Assembly (NCBI GenBank): GCA_004431415.1
Contig: QPMI01000198.1
Span: forward strand, 1-64,000
From: Cyanophora paradoxa CCMP329
Lineage: Eukaryota > Plantae > Glaucophyta
Reading direction: 5' to 3'
Length of the DNA: 64,000 bases
Shown: positions 48,643 to 60,283 of the stretch, in pieces
Position numbering within the stretch: position 1 is the first letter of the stretch
How the letters are laid out: each line of letters begins with the position of its first letter
Notes under the pieces: model-generated
The model's input: only the letters and a program-made list of their open reading frames with translations
Database searches by the model: none
Told to the model about the DNA's origin: nothing
Made by a program: the position numbers and the translations under genes

Positions 48643-49999
48643 ATGAAACAAGTTGAGCGCAGTTGCAAACGGCGCTCCGTCACAGCGCGTCACTGCGCCC
48701 TGACAGCCGCGGCCGCCCTGCTCAGCGTATTAGCACTTTGTGCGAGATTCGAGGTCAGCTGGGCGTTGACAACAACAAGAGACTTGGGCCTCATCGAGCC
48801 TGGGATACAGCGCACGATCACAATAGCCGCCAAGGGGCTGCTGGAGGACGGCAACGAGGGCGAGAAGGTGATTCTGGGCGTGCAGCTGCAGGGCGGCTTC
48901 ATCGCCACGGCGCACATCTCAAACGCGGCCCCGCTCTCCCTGAACAAGATCCGCGTGGAGAAGAGCATCAACCTCACTACCGGGTAAGGCGGCCCCGCTC
49001 TCCGGATATCGATCGATAGCCGGCTCTGCGCGCGGCCGCCATATGCACGGCCAGCGGCCGTTGCCGAGGGCTCTGCTAGGTGGGAGCTGGTGACGACCAT
49101 CCTGGACAATGAGCGATACAATGTGGTGCATAGGAGGGCGTCCAGGTGAATCCGCGCTAAGAGCTGAGGAGGAGGCGCGCAGGTCAACTCGCTCTGCCGC
49201 GGCCTCAACGACTTGCCGGTCTACTGGCGGCTCGCGAACATGAACACGGTCTTCCAGGCGGCGGACGTCTACTTCGTGCGCACGCCTGCTCCGCCGCCCG
49301 CCCCCGGCCTCGACCGGACCCGTGACTCGGCGCCGGCCGGGCCGGGCCTGCAGAACGTGACAGTGGCAGCCTGCAGTGCGCCCCCGCGCGGAGCCCCCCG
49401 GGCCGGCCGCGGTACCGTTTAAATCCTGCGCAGCACCTTCAATCACGTCCGTCGCGCCAAGCCATGGCCCGCGAGAGGGCGGTGCGCGTCCGCCTCCCTC
49501 GCTACCCCATTACTTTGCCGAAAGCGGGCAGGGAACCTCGTGACGCTGAGCGGGCACGATCTCGCGCTCTCGGTGGCGGACGTGCGGGTTGGGGTGGGCG
49601 CCTCGGCCGTTGGGCCTCGCCCTCTCACCGCCGGCGACATCATCTCTGTTGCCCCCGACCGCTCCTCCGGTTCCGCTCGCCCCATCAATGCCCTGCCGGT
49701 TTGGTGTCGATGCCCTGCGCTGTGTCGCGCAGTGGTGCTGACCGTTCCCGCGGCGGCGGCGGAGAGCGTCGCGCCCGGCGGCGTCACGTTGCGCCTGTCC
49801 TCTGAAACGTTCGGCAATTCAACGGCTTCCTACGCCTTCGACCCCCCGGCTGGTCCGTCCTTCGCTTTTCGCGCTAGGCACAGGTCCGGATCCTGACGCG
49901 TGCACGACAGATGCCCGGTTCTTCACCAGCGCGAAGCTTAGATGCCCAACGTTACAAGCAGCGCAAGCGCGTTGTGCACCAGCAAAAATAGGCATTTGA
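48643..49999 (+). CDS. Predicted secreted protein with an IPT/TIG domain
   Basis: Hydrophobic N-terminus (AAALLSVLALCA). Spliced PSITSVAPSHGPREG/GNLVTLSGHDL matches the IPT/TIG start. Confidence 0.65.
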
Positions 50000-50543
50000 A
50001 GTTAGAACTTCGGAACTATGATAAGTTATCGAGTTAGTAAGTTGACGTCCCGGCTGGCCCAGTGGGGCCGTTTGCTGTAAATCATAATCAACCAATCAAA
50101 CAGTCAATCGGATCCAGTCAATGCGATAGGTGGGGAAGCCGGGGCGACGGGCGAGCGGGAGCTCCGGAGCGGGGTGGGGGGAAGAGGGGGTGCCAAGTGA
50201 AACGGAGGGCGGTGAACGGCGGGACGATCGGGGGCGGGGAGGAATGGAGTACCCCCCGGCGCTAGAAGTCGCCCGCCCCGCCCCCGCCGCCCCTCTCGCT
50301 CCAAGGAAATGAACGCAACCAGTCGTTGCAGGAACTTATGGAAGGGACACGAGAGGCAGCTCCAATAGTGCGGGGAAAATAAGACTGTAGACACGGGAGC
50401 CCGAGGGGCAGCAAATGGAAAGGGTTATCGGGAGCGGGGCCCGGAGGGCCCGGAATGGAAGCGAGAAGGTGACGGGGAAAGCCGGGGGGGCAGCGGGTGG
50501 GGAGGGGGAGGGTGCGGGGCGGGGCGGGATGCAACCCCGGGGC

Positions 50544-51628
50544 CTAGAAGTACTCGTTGGCGTAGTAGAAGACGTCGAGGCCGCTCTCGTCGCGGGCGAG
50601 CGCCCCCGCCGCCTCCGCGATCCGCGCGTACTCCCCCGCCAGGGGCGCCCCCACGCCCATGCCCGCCGCGAGGGAGACCACCGTGAGGGGGCCCCGCGCC
50701 GCCGCGAGCCGCCGCACGTCCTCCGCCAGCGCCGCGTCGCTCCGCCGCACGTCCGCCAGCACCCGCGCCCCGCTGCCGCCCCGGCCCGGCGGTGAGCAGC
50801 GGGCAGTCCCGGAGGCGGCGCTCGGGGCACCTGTCGAAGCTGCGGAGGCGGAGGGGCAGGGCGAGGGGCGCGAGGGCGGCGCACGCGCCGAGGAGGTCCT
50901 CGGGGGAGATGAGCGCCGTGCCCCGCGCGCGGTTCGCGAGGCAGTACGCCTCCTGCAGCGCCAGCATGCCCCCCGCCCGCGCCACGTGCGGCTCCAGCAG
51001 CGCGCACAGCTCCCGCGCAAGCTCATCGTGGAACGCCGACCCCGCGTGTTCCCTGCGCCGCCCCGCGCCGTGAGCTAGCGCCTGGGCGGCGCGGGCGTGG
51101 GGGCCGCACTTGGTCACCGCCCGCCCAGGCTGCGCGGCGCGCGTCAAGGGCCGCGCAGATGCGCAGAATGCTTAGCTACGCACCAGCCGGAGGCCAAGCT
51201 GCGTCGCTACCGACCGGAAATCGTCGTCCTCGGCACTGGTGGGCTGCGCCGACGCCTTGAACCGCTGCGGGGCAGGTGGTGTCAGAGCGGGCATTCGAGC
51301 GTGGGCTGGGGCACACTTCGGCGAGATCGACGAGCTCCTTCGCCCGCTGCATGAGTGCCTTGATGTCGCCCGAGAACGCGCTTTGCAGCGTCTGGTCCGT
51401 CTGCGCGTCCCGCGCCTCGCCGGCGCGCTGCAGGCCAGCGACGCCCGCGTACTGCGCGTTACGAAACACGCCGGGCTGCATGCTTGTGGGCTGGCTCGCC
51501 GGCTGCTGCGCTGCGGGGCCGGAAGGGTAGCTCGGCTGCGCAGAAGGAGGCGTGGCGCGGGACGACGTGGGCAGCGCCGGCTCGGAGGCGCCGCCCCGGC
51601 TGCGCTCCTTGCTCTCCTTGCCGCCCAT
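50544..51628 (-). CDS. VPS36: ESCRT-II subunit VPS36 (EAP30/Vps36 winged-helix region) with no GLUE domain
   Basis: AGVAGLQR..TDQTLQSAFSGDIKALMQRAKELVDLAE, FHDELARELCALL, GGMLALQEAYCLANRARGTALISPEDLLGAC, LARDESGLDVFYYANEYF*. Confidence 0.88.
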
Positions 51629-51745
51629 CGAGCGGCCTGCAACTCCGAGCAGCCGTACCCCCCTCCAAGTTCTAAGCTGTATCCCCCGTCCGACCCCTGA
51701 AAGTGCGGCCTGCAGCAGCCGGCAGCAGCGGAAAGCACGGGAGAG

Positions 51746-54700
51746 ATGTTGCGAAGACCGCAGGGCGCCGCGGCGCTGGCCGCGGTGGCCCTTGCGCTCC
51801 AAACTGCCGGAGCCCTCGCACAGAACGCCGCCCTGGACAGCCTCAATGGGTCCAGCGAGAGCACGGAACGGGCGTTGTACTGGGTAGGATTTGCTGGGTA
51901 AGCCCCCTTTGCTCGCCTATGCGCACCGCCGTGTTGAAGGAATTCGATGCCGCAGGATGGCGTTCGGTGAGGGCGGGCTTGCCGCCATCGCTCGGTTTAG
52001 CTTTAGGTTGAAGTGACCCTGCTTCACGCGCAGGCGTTGCTTGTTTCTTCGGGCGCTGGCTTTGTGCGCTGGTTCCCTGCCCTCTTCCTTGATCTGAGGC
52101 CTCACCGTGCGCCGCGCCGCGCGTTTTGACAGGGAATGGGCACAGAGATTACGTACGTGCTTGATCGTTCCCTTTGCGCACGCCTGCGCGGCAGCTAAAC
52201 CGCTTGGCACCGCATCCGCATTTCAAACTTCAGTACGGTGCGCAGCCGTCCAGCGCCGCTGCCGACCCCTAATGCGGACCATTGAACTGAAAATGATGCG
52301 CTATTGCAGTGCTGAACGCTTTCCAAGTGCTGGTCGCTTGCATGGCGTACTGGTGAGCCTTCCGCGTCCGCGCTAGCTGATTCCATGCTGAACCAGCGGG
52401 CAGGGGACTCTCTTTTCTTCACGGACAGGTCGATATGAACGTGCGCACGCGCTTGCCCTCCGTAGAACTCGCCTGCCGCGCGGATCGCTGGTGCAACGCC
52501 AAGCGGGAGATGCTCTCGTCGCTGACGCCGCCTCCAGGGCTTCCACGTGAACTGGATTCGCTACGTGGATTGGGTCTTGTGCGCTCCCGTCCTCGCCGCC
52601 CCCGAGCTAGCATGTGCTGTGCGCTCACGCTTCTCGGTGTGCTCTCGTCCCCGACAACAGCTCGACACCTATGTGAGTCTTTCCTCTCTCGCTCTGTTCT
52701 TCAGCCTGTCACACGCGCTCACTGTGCGTAGGATTCTCCTGTGCATCGCGTCGATCGGGCGCTACACATGGAACCAGAAGGCCCGCTGCTCCTTCTCCTT
52801 CCTTTTCCTCCTCTTCCCTGACCCCGGAAACAGATCGCGCTCGTCCTCGCCGACGTGACCATGATCGTGCGCGTCGCGCGGGGCCCCTGCTCCCCACCGG
52901 GGGCTCAGCCGCCGCGGGGCAGGGGATCGGGTTCTTCGCGGCCATCGCGCCCGAGCCCGGCCGCTGGGGCTTCTTCGCCTTCAGCTGCGCCATCTTCGTC
53001 GCCATCGCCGCGGTCCTCATAAAGGCGAGCCGCCCTTTTTTCTCTCTCCGAGGGCCCTCCGCCCTTTCTCACTGCTGCGCAGGGCTCGCCCCGCGCGCTC
53101 CAGCGGCTCCCGCGGGGCGGGCCGCGGACGGGGTACAAGGCGATGCTGGCGCTGACGCTGCTGACGTGGACGGTGTACCCGATCATCTTCGGGGTGGGCC
53201 CGGAGGGGGCGGGCAAGCTGAACCGGCAGGGCGAGGCGATCGCCCACACGGTCCTCGACCTCTTCGCCAAGGTCGTCTTCGGGTGCCGCATACCCCCCCC
53301 CCTCTCCCCCCGAACCCCCCCGCAGTGCATGGGCAGGCCCTACTGACGCCCCCGCCCCGCCCCCGCCCCCCCGCAGCTTCCTCTACCTCTACGTCGCCGA
53401 GCGCCGCTTCCGGCACCACAAGAGGCACCGCGACCCCGTGCGCCGCGGCCGACTCCGCCCAGCCGCCCCGCGCCGCCCCTGAGCCCCTCCCCCGCAGGAG
53501 TACGGCCGCGACGCCAAGTACGAGTCCGCCGGCGGCCACGGCTACGCCGACGTGCGCGGCCCCGCTCCCGGAGCGCGGGCGCTGCCGAGCGGGGCGGCGC
53601 AGGGCCACGCGCAGGGCGCCCGCCTGGGGCCGGACAGCACCTCCTCGACGCAGCGCAGCGGGTGCGCCCCGGGCCCCCGGCGGCGGCGGCCCTCCCGCGC
53701 CCGCCTCAGACGGTGGCCGCAGGGAGCAGAAGAAGAAGGCCTCTCCGGAGCGCAAGTCCTCCACGGACGGGAGCCCGAAGGCGAGCCCCGCCCCCCTAGA
53801 GCCGTCGGGGCTACGCGCGCGGCCGACGCGCCTGCGCGGCCGCAGAAAAAGTCGGGCTTCATGTCGTGGTGGCGGAACCGGCCGGCGGCGCGCAAGGGCG
53901 AGGAGAGCCCGCCGGCGCCCCCCGAGGTGGCCCCGGCCCCCGTCCCCTCCGCCACAGCCGCCGCCGTCGAGGTGCGCTTCGGGCCGCCCCCGCCTCCGGC
54001 CCCGCGCTGGGCCCCGCGCAACGGGGCGGGCGCAGGCGGCGCGGGCGGCGGGGTCGGGCCCGATGGGCCCGGACGGGCGGCGGCTCCAGGTGGGGGACCA
54101 CGTCTACTTCCGCGACGAGTCCGGCGAGTCCGAGGTCGGCGGCCCCCCGCACCTTCCCAGCGTCGCCGCCGCCCGCGAGCCGCCCCGGCCGCCGCAGGTC
54201 GGCCGCATCGTCTCCTTCTCGGAGGACGGGCGCAAGCTCCGCGTGCGGCGCTTCCTGCGGGCGCGGCGGATGGCGCGGGTGCAGCTCTCGGCGGCGGCGC
54301 TGGCGATCACGCGGGAGCCGCGGCAGTTCGACCGGCTGCTCGTGCGCTCGAACCAGCTCGTGCTGGTGGACACGGCGCACATCGTCGGGCGCTGCACCGT
54401 CGAGAACGCCGCCGACGTCGCCGACCTCTCCGCATACCTCGCCCGCGACCAGAACGCCTGGTGCCGCCCCGGCCCCTCGAGCCGCCGCCCCCGCAGCGAC
54501 CTGACGCCCCGCCAGGTTCTACGTCGACTCGTACGACGTCCTCACCGGCCGCACCGCCCGCGGGGACGCCCCGAGTGCGCCCCCGCCGTTGTCCACTTCG
54601 CCCGCGCCCCGGCCGACGCCGCCGCCGCCGCCGCCGCAGACGCCTCGTCCCACGAGGACAGCACGTCGGACGATGACGTGACCTTCGAGATGGAGTACGA

Positions 54701-55842
54701 GGGGGCGCCGCTCGGCGGCGGCGTGCCCCCGTCCCCGCGGGCCCCGAGCCGGCCGCGGGACCCGCCGCCGCCGGAGCGCTCGGGCTTCGGCCCGCGGGGC
54801 GCGGAGGGCGGCGTCCGCATGCAGGCGACGCGGACCCCGCCGGAGCCGAACCCGCTCGCCTACACGGAGGGCATGACGCCACGGCAGGGGCGACCGAGTG
54901 GGACCCGGAGCCGCCCGCTCCGGCCGCGCCTCGGCGGACCCGCCCGCGGCGGGCCCTGGGCGCCCCCGTCCCGCCCGCTGGCGCCTCCGGCAGCGGCAGC
55001 GGGCGCGGCCCGTGGGGCGCTCCCGTGAGCGGCGCCGAGTCGCAGTGGCGGAGCAGCGGCTGGAACCCGCAGGAGGGCGCCGCCGGCCGCCCCGACAGCC
55101 GCGGCCCGGGCGGCGCCGGCTGGGACGACCGGCGCGGGAGCTACGGGTACGGGCCTCCGGGGCCGGCCGCGACAGCCGGGCCGGCTCCGTCTCCGGGGCC
55201 GCCGGCGGCGGGCCGGGCGGCCGGGAGGAGACGCGCAGCCCGGAGCGCTTCGAGAGCGCAGCAGGGCGGCCCGGCACGCCGGCGTTCGCGGCCGGCGCCG
55301 CCAGCGGCGGTCCGAGCAGCGGCTACCAGCGCATGACCCTGCGGAATCCGAGCCGGGAGCAGGACTCGCGGAGCCCTCCGAATGTCTCCGGGGCGGGCGG
55401 CAGCTATGGACGGGTCGGCAGCCCCGGCGGCGGCTGGCAGGATGCGGGCCTTGCGCAGTCCGGCGGCTCCGGCGGCGGCTTTGGCCGCGAGCAGGAGTCC
55501 CGGAGCCCGCAGCTCGGCGGCGGCGGCTACCAGAGACCAGACCAGCGCCCCGCCGGCTTCGCAGGCCGCGAGCAGGAGTCCCGGAGCCCGCAGCTCGGCG
55601 GGGGCGGGGGCGGGGCCCCTCAAGGGCGGCAGCAGGAGACGCGGATCCCGGAGCTCGGCGGGGCCACAGGAGCGCCCTCCGGGGCGAGCCGCGGGCCATG
55701 GGGCCAGCCGGCGCGCGCGCCGTCTCAGAGCGGATCGGCAGGACCGTGGGGCCAGCCCGTGCGGCCGCCCTCGCGCGGCCCCTCCGAGCGGGATGCCGAG
55801 AGCACCCCGCAGGGCAGCCGCTTCGTGCAGGTAGCGCTGTAG
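51746..55842 (+). CDS. Type-1 (microbial) rhodopsin with a signal peptide, fused to a C-terminal BAH-like domain and a G/S/P-rich tail
   Basis: Spliced 7TM with WIRYVDWVFSTPMILLC (helix C), LADVTMIGIG (D), WTVYPIIFGVGPEG (F) and HTVLDLFAKVVFG (G). The frame continues to LQVGDHVYF..EVGRIVSF..LRVRRFLR..LVRSNQ..HIVGRCTV..FYVDSYDVLTG. The 3' end is uncertain (55028 or 55842). Confidence 0.85.
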
Positions 55843-56366
55843 CTTTAGACATAGACAGGCCGAGAACACTTTATGGTTGCAGAGCTGGCAGTAATGTGAA
55901 AGATCTGGAGGATAAACTTCTAAAATCAGACTAGGCTTCGGATGTTGACCTGCATTGATCTGCATGAGCAACTCCAATCGGAAGCTTAAGTCCAGTTGAC
56001 CATGAGTATCGAACGATATACCGTATGGATCTGGATTGCAATTGCGCATGAGCTACACTCAGTGACTAGATATCGATCTAGATGCCTCACGTAAATGATG
56101 CCACCGCACCACGCAACTATTTTAAACTGAATCGAATAACTTAGTAAGATCGCACACACAAGCTTCACGAGTCATGATCAGTGACAAATTTGAATGCCCA
56201 TACTATGATACGAAAGTCTAGCAACAGACGATAAAGATACCAATCATGCATGGACTAAAATACAGGGGCTGTGCTTGAAAAAAGGGCGCGCGGGCCTGCG
56301 GAGGACAAGGCGGGGTAAGGTTTTGGTAGCTTGGGACGACGGTGAGCGGGGAGGGCGCACGGGGGG

Positions 56367-57535
56367 TTACTGCGTCTTCGAGTGGAGCTCCAGCTCGAAG
56401 CGGGCGTCCGCTTGCAGGAAGCGGTACCTAGGGGAGGGGAAAATCAGGCGCCGGGAGCGTACGGGAGGGGCTGGGGGGCTCACCAGAGGACGGCGAGGAG
56501 GGGCGTGGCGGCGTGCCAGAGGGAGTGGGCGTCGAGGAGGAGCCAGACGGGGGGGAAGTCGCCGAGCTCGAGGGCGATGGCGGCGTGCAGGCCCAGCAGG
56601 GCCACCACCAGCATCCACGCGTGCGGCCGCCGCGTGCGCGCCACGAACACCACCCAGGCAAGCGTGTGGAGGGCCCCCACGGCGACGCTCGCCGCCATGT
56701 TGTACCCGTAGTCGAAGCGCCCGAAGGAGAGGTACGAGACGTGGGCGATGTACAGCAGCACGAATGTGTAGCCGATGAGACGCGGGCAGTTCCACGCGTT
56801 GTGGATGCGAAGCAGGGCCGCGTACAGGCCGCCAAGGACGACCAGTCCCGCGCTGAAGTAGTCGAGCTTCTCCGTGAGTGGCGTATCCCTGCAATGGAAG
56901 ACCGCGCTCCACAGCCAGGCATTGACGTTCGCCGCCGCCGAGAGCATGAAGACGCGGCGGAAGGGGAGGTTGGAGGGCGCCTTGCGCCGGAACCAGCGGT
57001 AGAAGTACGCGTGCACCGCCAGGTTCGCGAGCGAGAAGAGAACCGAGGCGGGCTCCTGTATGCCCCAGACGCGCACGAAGGGCCACTTGCCGTAGTACTG
57101 CAGCACAGTCTCGTTGCGCTCCAACCGGATCTCCGTCACCGCGTGCATGCACTCGTACGCGCAGTTCTCGTCGCACGTCCACCGAAGCAGCTTCAACGCG
57201 AACGGGAGCTCCGCCGGGCCCGTGTCCGCATCCTCGGTGTCGTTCCTCGCCTTCACGACTTCCTGCACGGCCGCTATCATCGCCGCTTCGTCCTCGAACT
57301 GCTCCAGCCCACCCGCCGCTATCTGCCCAATTGCTTCTTGCAGCCGCCGCCTTTCGAGAGCCTCCTTCCGAGCTTCCGGCCCCGCGCACTCCTCGACTAA
57401 GCACTCGTCTAAGCAGTGCTGAAAGCCGGGTTCGTTGTCGCCGAGCGACGCGATTGCTGGTGCTACATAAGATGCTGCGACTACGGCGAAGAGTAGCGCC
57501 GCGAGCGCCCACGGCGCTAATCGTACTCGCCGCAT
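56367..57535 (-). CDS. PGAP3: PGAP3/Per1 GPI lipid-remodelling protein
   Basis: Signal peptide, ASLGDNEPGFQHCLDEC, WTCDENCAYECMH, QYYGKWPFVRVWGIQEPASVLFSLAN, WSAVFHCRDTPLTEKLDY, LELGDFPP, DAHSLWH. One intron near the 3' end. Confidence 0.95.
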
Positions 57536-58191
57536 CCCGCCTTTCGGGCGCCGCCGAGGCCCTATCGGGCGCCGCGGCGAGCTGGATTAGCGTGGTCGCA
57601 GAGGCTCAACTGGCCGCGGAACGCGAAGGAAAGTCTCGCAGTGTCTGCAAGCCGCCCGATTTGATTGTACCCAGGCGTGGCTTGACCTCAAGTTGACGAC
57701 AAGTCGCTAGTGCTGGCTTGGCTTGGCCAGCTGCAGGCTGGAATTTGATCGCGCTTCTTGCCCGCCGGCGCCCCCGCGCTTCTCGCCGGCGCCAGACCGT
57801 CGCGGACTGTAGTCTCTAGCGCTGTTCCTGGCCATGGCATTCTAAACATTCAAAACTAGCTAATCTGCGAGTCTCGCGCGTTGAAGGCGGGATCTGGAGG
57901 TCCCAGAGGCTACCAACATCTGCTGAAATCGAATCTAACGGGCTGAATCGATAAGTCCAAATGCAAGGAAGTCGATGAATCGGAAGATCTTAATCTGGCC
58001 TAGAACACTACCGCAGGTGCCGACTCGACGATCATGAGCATGAACTAAACAAATTCAAAGGTCAGAAACAGTCTACGAAATGTCAAATTGACATCAATCT
58101 GGTTGAAACTTTTTGAAAGCTGGTTAGGTTTCCTAAACGTGGGCATCGATCGAAATGTCGATGATCTTTACAAAGGGTTCAAGGCTATATA

Positions 58192-59757
58192 TCACTGAAA
58201 CTGCATGGAACTGTGCATCCCGGGCCTTCCAAAAAGAAAGCTGCGGCGCCGAATCATCTCAACGAGCGTAGGCTGGACCGCCGCCGGCGACGCGGGACTG
58301 GAAGCCGCCGGCGCTGTGCAGGCCCGACATGCGTGACATCGCGTGCGGCGAGATCTGGCGCGCCTGCGCGAGAGCCCGGTGAGCCGGGACAGGGCAGGGC
58401 CATGCGCGGGCTCAATCGCGGACCTTGCGCAAAGCGCTGAACTGGTCGCTGGCGGACTTCGCGGCCTGCAGAGACGGGGCCTGCCGCCCCAGCGACGGGC
58501 GGATGAGCGTCGGGCCCGCGGCCGTGCCGCCCGCGAATCCCGAATGCCGCTGCACGCTCCCAGCGCTGCCGGGGGCGCGCTGGGCGAAGAGGGAGAGCTG
58601 ACCGGCGGGGCGGTGGGCCGCGTCGGACGGGGCGGAGACCGTGCCCTCACGGTGGTACTCGGCCATAGGCGAGCGGGCTGCCGCAGGGCTGAGCGTAGCC
58701 GACCCAGGGCTGACCGCTCCCTGGGGCTCATAGCCCGGCCGCCCCAGCTGCCCCAGCTGCCCCGGCCCGCCGCCCGCTCCCCCGCGGCGGACGCAGTCGT
58801 ACAGCTCCTCGAGCTTGCGCTTCTGCCTGCGCGCCGCGGGTGAGCCGCGCTCTTGTGTCGTGTTCTGTGTGCGGGGCGTGCGCGCCTGCTCTTCTCCTCC
58901 AGTCTGCTCTCGACTTCGGATTTCTCGCGGTGAATCGCCTGATTCTCCTCCTCGAGTTGCTTGAGCCGGTGGATCGTCCGCTCCAGCTCGTGCGAGATCT
59001 GGGCGGCCTGAGCGGCCGGCAGGGCTGCGCCAGGTCCGGGGATCAAACTCGGCACCTGCATCGCGCGCTCCTCCGCCATGTGCCCCGCAGCGCGCGTGTT
59101 CTGAAGCTCCGTGGAGTGCTCGTGCTGGAGGAATGAATTCGCTGCGTCTGTCTGGTATATCCAACACGCCTGTCGCGCGTGGCTAAACGAGGTGCTAGGA
59201 AGCGGCAAGGCGGCTGGGCGGCCGCACGGACCATGGCAGCCTTCGAGATCTCCACTGCCGAATGGAAAGACAGCTTCATAAGTGAAAAAAGCTCGATTTC
59301 GGGCAAGTAAAGTACGCACATATGATCTCAGGTTCGAGTCCTGCGAGAATCACTGCAGAAAGATCAGCACTTCTGCTTACGAAGAGAATCGAGGTGCGCA
59401 CTCGTCTTCCACTCCTCCGAAGGGTTTCGATCCACCAGCATCACCTGCGGGCGCGGCGTGTGTTGTATTGAGAAAGCAAAAGCGTGGTTGGAGGAGCTTG
59501 GTCATGTACATGGGACTGGCCCAGCCTTCGGTTACACGCTGAGCACGCCATCACGGGCCCGCCGAAGTTCGCATTTCCGCAGTCAATACAAAACGTATGC
59601 CTAGACCGTTGCGACCGCCGTCAGCTGGGGGAGAATGCTGGCCGGAGCGATCGAAATCATGCCAGCTCGAAAGCAGGGAATCTCACCCGCACAGCGTGGA
59701 AAAGCACTCGCGCGCGAGCGGGTTCCAGCACCGATTGCAACGCATCTGCATCTGCAT
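58192..59757 (-). CDS. HEI10: HEI10/CCNB1IP1 RING E3 ligase (meiotic crossover factor)
   Basis: Spliced MQMQMRCNRCWNPLARECFSTLCGHTFCIDC..ACSACNRRL..NPSEEWK..ILAGLEPEII..CWIYQ, then a coiled coil with RKLEELYD. Confidence 0.85.
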
Positions 59758-60283
59758 GCCGCAGCGTGTGACTTTTTCCGATGCGCGAAACCTGTCGCTG
59801 AGCGTACCTTTGCCGCGCGAGCGCACAAGGACGCCTAATCGTGATATTTGGCGACTGGGAGCAGCTTACGGCGGTGCCGGGGCGCCGGTCGGGCTTGCCC
59901 GCTTCGATCTGGGCGGGCCGAGCAGAGGAGGGAGAAACTTCGTTGCACGATGCAGTTATGGCGCGAGTACGTCCCCTCGCTTGCGGGAGGCTCGGTGGCT
60001 GCGCACTGCAGCTCTACTGAGGCAGCAACGGTTTGGTTTGAGGTTGAACTGCCGTACCCCGCCTGCATGCGCAGACCACCGTGTAGCACCTATATAGCGT
60101 AACCTTCCGAGTTACGTAATATAAGTTTTTTTCCGAGTCTAAAGCGTAACTTCCCGGGGGTCCAGGAATGGCGTCGCGCATTCGGGCTTGAATTCCTAGC
60201 CTTCACTAGCAGGCGTAATGCAGGAGCCGACAAGCTCCAGGAATGCGCGGCGCGGGAAGGGGGGTGCGGCAGCTTAGCTAGTG

